64,000 nt of DNA, taken from positions 96,001-160,000 of the forward strand of contig CAWJZV010000048.1 in the NCBI GenBank assembly GCA_963847445.1. The letters are read 5' to 3'. The notes under the pieces are model-generated. The model had not been told where the DNA came from and searched no databases. It was given only the letters and a program-made list of their open reading frames with translations. The DNA is from an uncultured delta proteobacterium (lineage in GTDB: Bacteria; Desulfobacterota; Binatia; UBA9968). Both the position numbers and the translations under genes were made by a program. Shown piece after piece: positions 20,125 through 31,333 of the stretch. Position 1 is the first letter of the stretch, and every line of letters begins with the position of its first letter.

Positions 20125-21372
20125 GCGGCACCTCCCGAAAATCACGCAAGCATTGGTGCCGCCGAAACCGAAGGAGTTGGAAAGCACGACTTTGACATCG
20201 GCCTTGCGCGCTTGATTGGGCACATAGTCGAGATCGCAAGCCGGATCGGGATTTTCATAATTGATCGTCGGCGGCAGCATGCCGTGATGCAGCGCCAGCG
20301 CCGAGTAGACACCTTCCACCGCGCCAGCGGCACCGAGTAAATGTCCGGTCATCGATTTGGTCGAGCTCACCGCCAGCTTCGCCGCGGCTTCGCCAAAAAC
20401 AGTTTTAATCGCCGTGGTTTCATTGGCGTCGTTATACTCCGTCGACGTGCCATGGGCGTTGATATAGCTGACATCGCTCGGCGCAATGCCGGCGTCTTTC
20501 AAGGCCAGGCGCATGCAGCGCGCCGCCCCTTCGCCGTTGGGCGCCGGCGCGGTCATGTGATGGGCGTCGCCGTTGGCGGCGTAGCCGATCACTTCGGCGT
20601 AGATCTTGGCGCCGCGTTGGACAGCATGATCGCGCTCTTCGAGAATCAAAATACCGGAGCCCTCGCCGATGACGAAACCGTCGCGCTCCTTGTCGAAGGG
20701 TCGGCTGGCGCGCTCGGGCTCGTCGTTACGCGTCGATAACGCTTTCATGGCGGCGAAACCGCCCACGCCCAGCGGCGTGATCGCCGCCTCAGCGCCGCCG
20801 GCAATCACGGCATCCTGCAAGCCGCGGCGAATCATATGATAGGCCTCGCCGATCGCGTGGGTGCCCGAGGCACAGGCCGAGGTCGGGGTAAAGTTGATGC
20901 CCTTGGCGCCGTAGCGAATCGCCACATGACCGGGCGCTAGATTGGAAATGACTTTAGGAATGAAAAATGGCGATATCTTGCGCGGCCCACCGGCCATCAG
21001 CGCTTCTTTGGTGACTTCGAGGGTATCGAGGCCGTTCATGCCGACGCCGATGATGACGCCGACGTTCTCGGCGAACTCCCCTTCGATCTTGAGACCGCTG
21101 TCGGCCATGGCCTGAGCCGAAGCGCCCATGGCGTAGTGAATGAAGAGATCCATTTTTTTGATCTCTTTCGCTTCGATATAATCTTCGGCCTTGAAGTCAG
21201 GCACTTCGCCGGCGATACGCGAGGCAAACCCATCGGCGTTGAAGCGGCTGATCTTGCGGATGCCCGAGCGGCCGGCCATCAAAGCGTGCCAATTTTTTTC
21301 GACTCCGGTGCCCAACGGTGTGACCAGGCCAATACCCGTCACGACAACTCGGCGTGCTTCAGTTGTGTTCAC
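20121..21372 (-). CDS. fabF: 3-oxoacyl-ACP synthase II
   Basis: [63 protein letters not shown]. Confidence 0.93.
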
Positions 21373-21449
21373 GATACTTAACCAATCTTTAATGGATTTG
21401 AAATATCACGATAAAGGAGACCTTCCGGTGAATCAATAGGACTTTCAAG

Positions 21450-22478
21450 TTAGCGATAACGCTCATGAAGCTGTTGAATGTGGCGAATCAGCGGAGCGAT
21501 TTGGCTGTCCCTCGACCTGGCCGCGTCGCCAGCCGGGGCTGCGCCGGATTGCATGGCAGCCAGCACCGCTGCCACCGATCCGCGCAAGCCGGCAAGGTCG
21601 TAACCGCCTTCGAGAAGAAAGGCGATCTTGCCATCGGCGAATTTATCTGCGAGCCCGAGTAACCGGGTCGCCATGAGCGCAAAACCTTCGTCGCTCACTC
21701 CCATGCCGCCCAGCGGATCGCGCCGGTGCGGGTCAAAACCGGCGGACACCAAAATCCAATCGGGGCAAAATTTTTCCGCCGCCGGCCCGACGATATCGTG
21801 AAACGCCTGAGCGTACTCGGCATCGGCGCAGCCGGCGGGCAGAGGGATATTGATCGTGTAACCTTCGCCGGCGCCGCTGCCAACTTCGTTGGCCGCGCCG
21901 CTGCCGGGGTAAAACGGATACTGATGGGTCGAAATGAACAGCACCGAAGGATCGGCGTAAAAAGCGTCTTGAGTGCCGTTGCCGTGGTGCACATCCCAAT
22001 CCATGATGAGAATTTTCTTGGCGCCGTGCGTGCGCCGCAAATACTCGGCGCCGATCGCCATGGTGTTGAACAGACAAAACCCCATGGCGCGGTTGCGCAG
22101 GGCATGATGTCCCGGCGGCCGCACCAGCGCGAAACCGTTGCGGCAATCTTTGGCAGCGACCGCATCGAGCAGACCGATGAATCCGCCCACGGCCAATAAA
22201 CTGACAGCGAACGAATCGCGGCAAGTGATCGTATCGCCGTCCAAGGCGTAGCGGTTATGCTGCGCCGTCGCTTCGATCAGTTTGATGTGTTCTTCGCCAT
22301 GGGTCGCTGCGATATCGGCGCGCTTGGCCGGTTCGGGCGGCAGCAATTGAAATTTCGCCGCGTCAAGTTCACTGGCCAAGTCGAGCAACACTTTGACGCG
22401 CTCGGGCCGCTCCGGGTGGGACTCGCCGGGCTGGTGTTTCAAATATTCTTTATCGACTACCACCGCCGTCTTCGCCAT
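21450..22478 (-). CDS. Histone deacetylase family protein (acetylpolyamine amidohydrolase-like)
   Basis: HPERPER, RPPGHHA, GFCLFN, DWDVHHGNGTQ, SAGFD, LEGGY. Confidence 0.93.
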   Translation of the reverse strand: MAKTAVVVDKEYLKHQPGESHPERPERVKVLLDLASELDAAKFQLLPPEPAKRADIAATHGEEHIKLIEATAQHNRYALDGDTITCRDSFAVSLLAVGGFIGLLDAVAAKDCRNGFALVRPPGHHALRNRAMGFCLFNTMAIGAEYLRRTHGAKKILIMDWDVHHGNGTQDAFYADPSVLFISTHQYPFYPGSGAANEVGSGAGEGYTINIPLPAGCADAEYAQAFHDIVGPAAEKFCPDWILVSAGFDPHRRDPLGGMGVSDEGFALMATRLLGLADKFADGKIAFLLEGGYDLAGLRGSVAAVLAAMQSGAAPAGDAARSRDSQIAPLIRHIQQLHERYR

Positions 22479-22640
22479 GGAAAGAACCTAACACCGACGC
22501 CCAGGCGCTGCAAAGCAATTTCGCCGCGATTCGATCGAGATCTCTCGCTGCACTCGGGACGACAACGTTCTTAGTGTTTTACTTGAAGTAATGATCCAAG
22601 TGAGCGGGTGTCAAACCCGCCCCGACAGTTAGGAAATCTT

Positions 22641-22704
22641 TTTGAGCCCTTTGCGTCCCGATCGCCCTGAGCTTAGCCTGCCCTGAGCTGAGTCGAAGGG
22701 TCGA
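22641..22704 (+). repeat. 74-bp dispersed repeat, partial copy 3
   Basis: ccctttgcgtcccgatcgccctgagcttagcctgccctgagctgagtcgaagggtcga matches copies 1 and 2. Confidence 0.85.
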
Positions 22705-22879
22705 CGGACGCCGCTAATTTTCCGCTTCCAAATCTGCTTAGATTGCTTCTCTGCCGCGCTCTGCAACTGTCATTTCGAGCGCCGCGAGAAATCCCGTCTC
22801 GCTCCGCGCAACCAGGCTAAACAAGCGTTAACCGTCGCGCAATCTTGCGGAGCCGAATGAAATCGCTTAGCTTAGCTGC

Positions 22880-23158
22880 ATGTTTGGTATCGGCATGCCG
22901 GAATTGCTCATGATCTTGGGGTTGGCTTTGATCGTCCTTGGCCCCAAGAAACTGCCGGAACTCGCCAAGACCTTGGGCAAGGGTTTAGCCGAGTTTCGCC
23001 GCGCCACCGATGAGCTCAAGGATGAATTTCGCAAAGTGGAGGCCGATCTTGACGAGCCGCCACCGCCGGCCGAGCCGCTGCCCATCGATCCCCAACCGGC
23101 GCAACCCGCCGACACGCCGCAGACCGACGTCAATCCCAACGCCACCGAGAAAAAGTGA
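22880..23158 (+). CDS. tatA: Twin-arginine translocase TatA/TatB family subunit
   Basis: [37 protein letters not shown]; overlaps tatC. Confidence 0.85.
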   Translation: MFGIGMPELLMILGLALIVLGPKKLPELAKTLGKGLAEFRRATDELKDEFRKVEADLDEPPPPAEPLPIDPQPAQPADTPQTDVNPNATEKK

Positions 23159-23928
23159 CCACGCCAGACGGCAACGGACAGCACGCCGATGTCCAAATGC
23201 CCTTTACCTCCCATCTCGGGGAGTTGCGCTCGCGGCTGATCAAGTCGGTACTCGCCGTCGCCGTCGCGTTCTTCGGCTGCTTTTATTTCGTTGACACGAT
23301 TTTCGCGTTACTCGCCGCGCCCGTGCGGCGTCTCAATATCCCAGGGCTGACACTCATCGGCACCGGCGTTACGGAAGCGTTCTTTACCAGGATGAAACTC
23401 GGCTTCGCCGCGGCGCTGGTTGTCGCTCTACCGGTGCTCCTGTGGCAGGGCTGGCAATTCGTCGCCCCCGGCCTCTATGAACATGAGAAGCGCTATACGC
23501 GAAGCTTCGTCTTCGCCGGTTCGCTGTGCTTTTGCCTCGGTGCGGCTTTCTGTTATGCCATCGTCGTGCAACATGGTTTGAGCTTTCTACTGCATCGCTA
23601 TGAGGTCATCGGCGTCAAGCCGATGCTCCAAATCGGTGACTACCTTTCGACGATCTCCCGCCTGGTTTTGGCCTCCGGCGCCATGTTCGAGCTGCCGGTG
23701 ATCGCGTTTTTCACCGCGCGGGTGGGCCTGATCGACCATCGCTTCTTGATCCGCCACAGCCGCTACGCACTGATCGCCATCGCGCTCTTGGCGGCGATCC
23801 TGACGCCGCCCGATTTGATCTCGCAAATCTTGCTGATGGTGCCGCTCATGCTGCTTTACGCCTTGAGCATCGCCATCGCCTACCTCGCGCGCTTCCGGAT
23901 GAACCGGCGCGAACGGTCGGCGCAATAA
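23155..23928 (+). CDS. tatC: Twin-arginine translocase subunit TatC
   Basis: [50 protein letters not shown]. Confidence 0.95.
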   Translation: MTTPDGNGQHADVQMPFTSHLGELRSRLIKSVLAVAVAFFGCFYFVDTIFALLAAPVRRLNIPGLTLIGTGVTEAFFTRMKLGFAAALVVALPVLLWQGWQFVAPGLYEHEKRYTRSFVFAGSLCFCLGAAFCYAIVVQHGLSFLLHRYEVIGVKPMLQIGDYLSTISRLVLASGAMFELPVIAFFTARVGLIDHRFLIRHSRYALIAIALLAAILTPPDLISQILLMVPLMLLYALSIAIAYLARFRMNRRERSAQ

Positions 23929-23963
23929 ACGGCTCTTCCGGGTTTACTGTAAAGATGTTTTTC

Positions 23964-24250
23964 CCACGAAGTGAATCATGATCTTACGCACGCCCACGGA
24001 GAATGAAAATGAGGGAATTCCCTCCCTATGCCATCTGCTCGACTCGTCATTCCCGCGCACGCGGGAATCCAGGTTTGGTCTGCGTCCAATTAGCCTGGAT
24101 ACCCGCTTTCGCGAGTATGACGGAACCCAGGTGACCTCGTCATTGTGGGAGACCATCGCCTTACATGTATTTTCAATGGAGAACACGAAGAGCACGAAGT
24201 TCGGAGTCTTAATCATCCGAAACCTTCGTGTCCTTCGTGCCTTCGTGGTG
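23964..24250 (+). mobile_element. Composite MITE-like element, copy B
   Basis: Same ends as copy A; inner cgtcattcccgcgcacgcgggaatccag ... ctggatacccgctttcgcgagtatgacg. Confidence 0.7.
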
Positions 24251-24305
24251 CACAAAACAAACTGAACGCTGGCACATTATCCGCAAAAAACCCGGAAGGC
24301 CCGAA

Positions 24306-24337
24306 TAAAAAAGGGCGCACCCGAAGATAACGCCCTT
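24306..24337 (-). terminator. Intrinsic terminator downstream of pdaD
   Basis: aagggcg/cgccctt stem followed by a T-run on the minus strand. Confidence 0.6.
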
Positions 24338-24364
24338 GATCGCTGCGAATCTGAAAATGAGACT

Positions 24365-24916
24365 CTAGTTGTCGTCGTTGATGAACGCGCAGGCGGCAAA
24401 CACCGTGGTCCACAGACCGTCTTTGTTGCCGATGGCGGACTGGGTGATATTGGAAGTACGGACGATTTTCTCGGACATTTTGAACAGCTGCTCGCGCTCG
24501 TCCCAGGCGGTGTCGGGATTGAACTCGATGCCTAGAGTGGTCGCCAGCATGCTGGCGGCGAGATCCTCGGCGTAGTCGCCGGCCTTTTCGTCGGTCTCGC
24601 CGAAGGAGTGATGCTCCGACAGATAGCCGTATTGGCTCTCATCCGATGGAATCGCCACGCCCACCGAGGCGGCCACCAAGCGGTTGGGCTCGTTGGTGCT
24701 CTCGCGGTCGTAGACGCTGAACACAATCTCCCCGGGACGGAGCAGCTTGGCGCCCTCTTCCTTGGAAAGCCGTTTGCAGTAGGGCGGGAAGATGCTCGAC
24801 ACCAACACCAGGTTGCAATAAGCCAGACCCGCTTGTCGCAAAGCCAGCTCGAAGGACGCCAACTTTTCCTTGTGAACGCCAACACCTTTGGTAAAAAAAC
24901 ATTTTTTCGGAATCAT
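24365..24916 (-). CDS. pdaD: Pyruvoyl-dependent arginine decarboxylase
   Basis: [32 protein letters not shown] (Ser-Ser self-cleavage site), [27 protein letters not shown]. Confidence 0.92.
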   Translation of the reverse strand: MIPKKCFFTKGVGVHKEKLASFELALRQAGLAYCNLVLVSSIFPPYCKRLSKEEGAKLLRPGEIVFSVYDRESTNEPNRLVAASVGVAIPSDESQYGYLSEHHSFGETDEKAGDYAEDLAASMLATTLGIEFNPDTAWDEREQLFKMSEKIVRTSNITQSAIGNKDGLWTTVFAACAFINDDN

Positions 24917-24987
24917 GGTGCGCTGCTATAACATGAAAGATATTAAGCTGACAAGAATCTGGCGGGGAAATCTTCGTGAAATTCGGC

Positions 24988-25496
24988 CTACTCGACGACC
25001 AACCAGCAGGGCGCCGCCCTCGACGGTGTCGCCCGGCTTCACTTTGATCTCTTTGACTTCGCCGGCGATGGGACTATGCACTTCGTTTTCCATCTTCATC
25101 GCTTCGACGATCACCAGCCCCTGGCCCTTTTCGACCTGGTCGCCCTCGGACAACCAGGACCGCGATGAATTTTCCCCGGCATCGGCACGGACAACCTTCT
25201 GACGCCCCTGGAGTTCGAGGCCGCCCTGGGCGCCGCCGACGCGCACACGCCGCTCATCGACCAGGTTAACGTGGTAATTGCGCCCATCGACCAGCACCCG
25301 GTAGTCATCGTCGGTGTTGTCGACTTCGATCTCGAAGGAGCGATTGTCGACAATCAGCGAATAGTTGGTTCGGCCGGTCTTCTTGCCGTCGACGATAAAC
25401 TCATTGCCGTCGACCGAGACCCGGTAAACCGACTTTACCGGTTTCCTCGATTTCGACGGTGAAGGTTTGATCGCCGAGCTTGCCGATAAACGCCAT
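24988..25496 (-). CDS. Biotin carboxyl carrier protein (frameshifted)
   Basis: VPMPGKI, EGDQVEKGQGLVIVEAMKMENEVHSPIAG (AMKM biotinylation motif). Confidence 0.9.
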
Positions 25497-25500
25497 GGGG

Positions 25501-27043
25501 CTAGTCCTCTAACGGCGCCAGCCGCGGTTGCCGGGCGCGGCCGACCGGCGCAATGACGCGCGCTGCTGGCGCCACTTGGACGGCTCGGCCGCGCCTTTGG
25601 CAAGCAAGCCCGATGGTCCGTTCCTGTTCGCCGTGCAGCGCCGCGATGGCCGCCGAGGCGAGCGCGATCTCCTTGTGCGGGTAGACTTCTTCGTTGGCCT
25701 TGGGATTATATTCTTCGTCGATAAACCCGGTGTTGACGTCGCCGGACATGAACCGGGGATGGCGCAAGATCCATTGATGAAACGAAATATTGGTCTTGAT
25801 GCCGCGCACTTGGTACTCGCGCAGCGCCCGGCGCATGCGCAGAATCGCTTCGATGCGATTCTCGCCCCAGGTGATCAGCTTGGCGATCATCGGATCGTAA
25901 TAGATCGACACTTCGGCGCCTTCGTAGACGCCGTTGTCGTTTCTCAAGCCCAGCCCTTCGGGCAGACGCAGACCTTCGATCCGGCCGGGGCATGGCATGA
26001 AGTCGCGCTCGGGATCTTCGGCGTAAATCCGGCATTCGATGGCGTGGCCGGTCTGGGTAATATGGCGCTGGCGCCATGGCAAATAACCGCCGGCGGCGAT
26101 TTCGATCTGCGCCTTGACCAGATCGATGCCGACCACCCGCTCGGTCACCGCATGCTCGACTTGCAGGCGGGTGTTCATTTCCAAGAAATAAAAATTCTGC
26201 TCGCTGTCGAGCAAAAACTCCAACGTCCCGGCGCCGACATAGCCGACGGCACGGGCGCCTTGAATGGCGATCCGGCCGATGCGCCGGCGCGTGCGGTCTT
26301 CCAGCCCTGGAGCCGGCGATTCTTCGATAACTTTCTGATGGCGCCGCTGGATCGAACACTCGCGGTCGTAGAGATGAATCACCCGGCCATAGCTATCGGC
26401 GAGGATTTGAATCTCGACATGACGCGGTTTGACGATGAACTTTTCGACATACAGACGCGGATCGCCGAAGGACGACTTGGCTTCCGAACCGACGGCGCGA
26501 TAGGCCGACGACACTTCGCGCCGTGAGCGCACCAGCCGTAGCCCCTTGCCGCCGCCGCCGGCCACCGCCTTTAACATGCAGGGATAGCCGATCTCTTCCA
26601 TGGTCTGGAGTACTTCCTCTTCGGAAGTGAGAATGCCGTCGGACCCCGGCACCACCGGCACGCCGGCGGCTTTCATGAGCTGGCGCGCTTTAACTTTGTC
26701 GCCCATCTGATCGATGACTTCGGGCGACGGGCCGATGAAGACGATGCCTTCGTCTTTGCAGCGTTGGGCGAACTTGGCATTCTCCGCCAAGAAGCCGTAG
26801 CCCGGATGGACCGCCTCGGCGCCGCTTTTCTTGCAGACATCGATGATACGGTCGATCGACCAGATAACTCTGCGCAGACGGCGCCGGACCAATCGCGTAG
26901 GCATAGTCGGCGTATTTGACATGCAGCGACTCGCGGTCGGCTTCCGAATAGACCGCAATCGATTCGATATCGAGCTCGCGGCAAGCGCGCGCGATGCGCA
27001 CGGCGATCTCGCCGCGATTGGCGATGAGGATTCGTTTAAACAT
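25501..27043 (-). CDS. accC: Biotin carboxylase subunit of an acyl-CoA carboxylase (frameshifted)
   Basis: [64 protein letters not shown]. Confidence 0.92.
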
Positions 27044-27049
27044 GGACGG

Positions 27050-27156
27050 CAGACAGAGATTGGAGATAGAGATTTGAGATAGAGAATAAAGATAGAGAAT
27101 CGAGTTCGCCGAGCCTCTTGATCCGGTCTCTGTCTCTAATCTCTGTCTCGCATCTC
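27050..27156. repeat. AGAGAT/AGACAG hexamer periodic hairpin
   Basis: agacagagattggagatagagatttgagatagaga ... tctctgtctctaatctctgtctc; same family at 52838-52932. Confidence 0.7.
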
Positions 27157-27159
27157 ATT

Positions 27160-28712
27160 CTACAGTGGAATATTCCCATGCTTCTTGGGCGGATTGTGAT
27201 CCTGCTTGTTCTTGAGCATTTCCAAGGCGCGGATCAAGGTCGGCCGGGTGTCCTCGGGATAGACGATGCCGTCGACATAGCCCGACTCGGCGGCTTTGAA
27301 TGGATTGGCGAAGGTCTCGCGATAATTGTTGACCAGCTCGTCGCGGGTCTTGGCCGGGTCGGCCGACTTCTCGCAGTTCATCGCGGAAGACGATGTTGAT
27401 CGCTCCTTCCGGCCCCATGACCGCGATCTCGCCGGTGGGATAAACTAAATTGACATCGCCGCGCAGATGCTTGCTCGCCATGACGATATAGCCGCCGCCG
27501 TAAGCCTTGCGCGTGACGATGGTGACTTTCGGCACCGTCGCTTCGGCATAGGCGTAAAGCAACTTCGCGCCATGGCGAATGATGCCGTGATATTCCTGCT
27601 CGGTGCCGGGCAAGAAACCCGGCACGTCGACAAACGTAACGATCGGAATATTGAAACAGTCGCAGAAACGGATGAAGCGCGCCGCCTTCACCGAGGCATT
27701 GATATCGAGACAGCCGGCCAAGTGATTCGGCTGATTGGCGACAATGCCGATGGAGCGGCCGCCAATATGAGCGAAGCCGATTAGAATATTGCGCGCGAAC
27801 TCCGGTTGGACTTCGTAGAAATAACCTTCGTCCACCACCGCGCCGATCAACTCTTTCATGTCGTAGGGGCGGTTGGGATTGTCGGGGATGATATCTTTGA
27901 GTCGCTTGTCGCGCCGCAGCGGATCGTCGTTGGTCGGCCGAAACGGCGGATCTTCCTGATTGTTGCTGGGCAAAAAACTGATCAGCTCGCGGATCATCAG
28001 CAAGCAGTCCTTTTCGGTATTGGCGGTAAAATGCGCCACGCCGCTCTTGCCCGTATGGGTCTCCGCGCCGCCCAAGTCTTCTTTGGTCACCTCTTCATGG
28101 GTCACCGTCTTGATCACGTCCGGACCGGTGATGAACATGTAGCTGTTGGTCTTGATCATGAAAATGAAATCGGTGATCGCCGGCGAATAGACTGCGCCGC
28201 CGGCGCACGGGTCCCATGATCGCGGTGATCTGCGGCACCACACCCGACGCCATGACGTTGCGTTGGAAGATATCGCCGTAACCGGCAAGACTATCGACGC
28301 CTTCTTGAATGCGCGCGCCGCCGGAGTCGTTGATGCCGATCAGCGGCGCGCCGTTCTTGATCGCCATGTCCATGACCTTGCAGATCTTGTCGGCGACCAC
28401 GCGGCTCAGGCTGCCGCCAAAAACAGTGAAGTCCTGCGAGTAGACATAGACGAGCCGGCCGTCGATGGCGCCGTAACCGGTGACCACGGCATCGCCGAAA
28501 AATTTTTGTTTATCGAGACCGAAGTCGGTGCTGTGGTGCGTGCGCAGGCGGTCGATCTCGACGAAACTGCCGCTATCGAGAAGAATGTCGAGACGCTCGC
28601 GCGCCAAAAGTTTACCCTGTTCATGCTGGCGGCGCGCGCGTTCGGCGCCACCGCCAGCTTCGGCCTTGTCGTTAAGTTCGCGGAGTTTGTCGAGATTGTT
28701 AGCGATCGTCAT
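27160..28712 (-). CDS. pccB: Acyl-CoA (propionyl-CoA-type) carboxylase carboxyltransferase beta subunit (frameshifted)
   Basis: [68 protein letters not shown]. Confidence 0.92.
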
Positions 28713-28906
28713 CGAGAGAAATTCCTTAGGCGCGAAAGCAAAATAGTTTCGCCAGCGAGTCGCGGCATCATAACAAAAGCCCTTGGGCTGTCAACCGAAA
28801 CGCGCGAATTCACGAGGAAAAACTTGCAGTTCCAGAGGCAACTTGTTAGCTTGAAGGAGTCGCATGAAGCCCTTCGTGGCGCTTGCGGACTGCCTGTTGA
28901 GGAGGA

Positions 28907-28995
28907 TTCACCGCAGAGACACAGAGGTAGTAGAGTTTGTCGTATTTCTTGATTAAGCACTCTTATACTCCGCGTCCTCCGCGCCTCGACGGTGC
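28907..28995. repeat. CACCGCAGAG..CTCCGCG-type palindromic repeat
   Basis: ttcaccgcagagacacagagg ... ctccgcgtcctccgcgcctcgacggtg imperfect inverted arms. Confidence 0.5.
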
Positions 28996-29067
28996 AATGC
29001 CAAGCCCGGCTTCAGACAAAAGCCTAAAAACCCATAAACCAACGCGAATCGAGCGCGATCAACAATC

Positions 29068-30262
29068 ATGTTCGAAGCGAAGGCAAAGCCGACAAACACC
29101 ATCGAGCGGCTCCGCGCCGCAACCGATCCAACTCAAACCGAACCAGGCGATTCTGCTTTACGCCGCCAGCGAAGGCGACGCCAACATGCTTTACGCCACC
29201 GGTTTCTTCGTGCCCGATCCGTTTATTTTTTTTCAGCACAAGAACCATCGCCACATCGTCATGAGCGATCTGGAGATCGACCGCGCCAAGAAGCAAGCCC
29301 ATGCCGACCGGGTTCTGTCTCTGTCGCTGTATCAGAAGAAGCTGCGCAAGCTCGGCAAGTCGCCGGCGGCGGTCATCGACATCGTCGATTTGATTTTTCG
29401 CGAGCGCGCCATTCGCTCGCTGATCGTGCCGGCGAACTTCTCCGCGCTTCTGTTGGACCAGCTGCGCGCCAAGGGCTACAGCGTGCAGATCAATCGCGAC
29501 CCCTTCTGGCCCCAGCGCGAGACTAAGAATAATCTCGAAGTAAAACAGATCACCGAATCCCTGCGCATCGCCCGGCTCGGCCTGGAAGCCGGCATCCGCA
29601 TGCTCAAACGGACCAAGACCAAACGCGACGGCTATCTCTATCTCAACGGCACGCGGCTGACATCCGAAATGCTCAAGACCGCGGTCAACACGACGATCAT
29701 GGCGCAAGGCTGGCTGCCGAGCCACACGATCATCTCGTCGGGCAACCAATGCGTCGATCCGCACCATGAAGGCACGGGTCCGATTCGGGCGAATACCTCG
29801 ATCATCTTCGATATCTTTCCGCGCTCCCAACACAATGGTTATTTCGGCGATTTGAGCCGCACCGTGGTGCGCGGCCGGGCGTCGGAAAAACTAAAAGAGA
29901 TCTACGCCACGGTCCAAGCCGGCCAGCAGATCGGCTACGCGCAGATCCGCGACGGCGTCAACGGCAAGGAAGTGCACCAGAATATTTTGCACATGTTCGC
30001 CGCGCGCGGCTTCCCGACTGGGAGAATCAACGGCCGCATGCAGGGATTCTTTCACGGCACCGGTCATGGCTTGGGTTTGGATATTCACGAGCCGCCGCGC
30101 ATCGCCCCGATTGACGCAGTCCTGCGCACCGGCCATGTGGTCACCGTGGAACCGGGACTCTATTACATCGGCGTCGGCGGCGTCAGACTGGAAGATGTCG
30201 TCGTGGTCAAGCCCAAAGGCAATCGCAACCTCACCGATTGCCCGCAGTTTTTAGAAATCTAA
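29068..30262 (+). CDS. Xaa-Pro aminopeptidase (M24 family); start uncertain
   Basis: PHH, IIFDIFPR, GYFGDLSRT, FFHGTGHGLGLDIHEPP, VTVEPGLY, GGVRLEDVVVV. Confidence 0.9.
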
Positions 30263-30293
30263 ATCGGCTAACTTCTCGCGTTGGAGTTCGCTC

Positions 30294-30998
30294 ATGACCA
30301 CCGAGCCACGCGAGCTCGCCGATCTCATCGCCGCCCTCGATCATCCCGACAAGCCGACGATCCGCGCCGCCGTCGATAAGCTAATCGCGTTGGCCGAGAC
30401 TTCCGAAACTCTCAGACAAGCACTCCACAATCGCCTCAGCGAAGCGGGTCACAGAAACTATTGGCCGGTCGCCTACATTCTCGGCCATCAAGCCCGGCCT
30501 TCGGGACTTGTGATTCGCACGCTGCTCGACGCCCTCGACCACCGCGAACCGGATATCCGCTGGGCCAACGGCCTACTGCTCGTGCGCATCGCCCACCAGG
30601 AACGCGCCGTGGTACCGCTGCTGATCGAGCTGTGTGAAACCGGCAGCGCCAATCAGAAACGCATGGCGCTCTACTGTCTGCGCGACTTAGCTTTGAACGA
30701 TGCTGAGAGTCGGCTAGCAATGTTGACGGCGTTGGAAGACAAAGAACCGACAGTCCGCGTCGCCGCCGCAACCAGTCTGAAAGTGAGAACCGATGTCGAT
30801 CGCGCCGTTCGGCAAAAGCTGCTAGCGACTTATTTGCATGATGCCGACGACCGCGTGAAGAACGTAATCGCCGTAACCCTGGCGAGTCTAGGGTCGCCGG
30901 ATGAAGAATTTATGCGGGCGTTGAACGAAGCGAGCCGGAGCGGCAATGGGCAGATCAAAAAGAGCGCCGACGCGGCACTTAAGATGCTGCAAAAATAA
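30294..30998 (+). CDS. HEAT/PBS-lyase repeat protein
   Basis: Repeats LIAALDHPDKPTIRAAV, LLDALDHREPDIRWAN, LTALEDKEPTVRVAAA, DADDRVKNVIA. Confidence 0.8.
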   Translation: MTTEPRELADLIAALDHPDKPTIRAAVDKLIALAETSETLRQALHNRLSEAGHRNYWPVAYILGHQARPSGLVIRTLLDALDHREPDIRWANGLLLVRIAHQERAVVPLLIELCETGSANQKRMALYCLRDLALNDAESRLAMLTALEDKEPTVRVAAATSLKVRTDVDRAVRQKLLATYLHDADDRVKNVIAVTLASLGSPDEEFMRALNEASRSGNGQIKKSADAALKMLQK

Positions 30999-31044
30999 AA
31001 AGGCCCGCTACACTCGGCAGCTTGCGCGACCGGTGCAGCGGGCC
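30994..31044 (-). terminator. Intrinsic terminator of the small minus-strand transcript
   Basis: ggcccgctgcac ... gtgtagcgggcc stem followed by tttttatttt on the minus strand. Confidence 0.75.
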
Positions 31045-31180
31045 ACTGCGGTGGCTGAGGGAGATTCTCAGGCTCTAGGCCCGAATCTCCATTCAGAGTC
31101 GCCGCCTAGAGCCTAAGTCTCAGCCACCTCACAGCCAGTACTTAAATCAATCATGTCTGGACCACCTCCTTTCCCTGCTG
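30997..31180 (-). ncRNA. Putative ~185-nt structured small RNA or small-peptide mRNA
   Basis: Bounded by a near-consensus promoter and an intrinsic terminator; internal long hairpin; extended complementarity to the 16S 3' end. Confidence 0.6.
31113..31154 (-). CDS. Putative 13-aa micropeptide MIDLSTGCEVAET
   Basis: GAAAGGAGGTGGTCCAGAC directly before ATG 31154; TAG at 31115-31113. Confidence 0.5.
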   Translation of the reverse strand: MIDLSTGCEVAET

Positions 31181-31186
31181 ATTATT

Positions 31187-31240
31187 AGTTTACGAAAGTG
31201 TTTTTTCTCTGTCAATAAAATAACGTAAAAAAAATAAATT
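31187..31240 (-). promoter_or_regulatory. Strong sigma70 promoter with AT-rich UP element
   Basis: TTGACA(31215-31210)-17 bp-TAAACT(31192-31187), A/T tracts upstream. Confidence 0.8.
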
Positions 31241-31333
31241 GATTCAAACGTTGCACTCACAGCGATCGACAACTCTAACGGCCTTGCTCGGCAAAATCCT
31301 CCAAGCATGACGGCAGACCGTCAAGTTTCGATT

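Noticed and set aside
25528-26526. Long antisense or alternative-frame ORFs (for example 25528..26526, 2497..3642, 5942..6745, 58013..58810)
   Set aside because: Shadow ORFs of well-supported genes, expected in high-GC DNA.
31157-31173. 16S rRNA gene fragment on the + strand
   Set aside because: Only 17 nt match with no flanking rRNA sequence; promoter and terminator point to the opposite strand.
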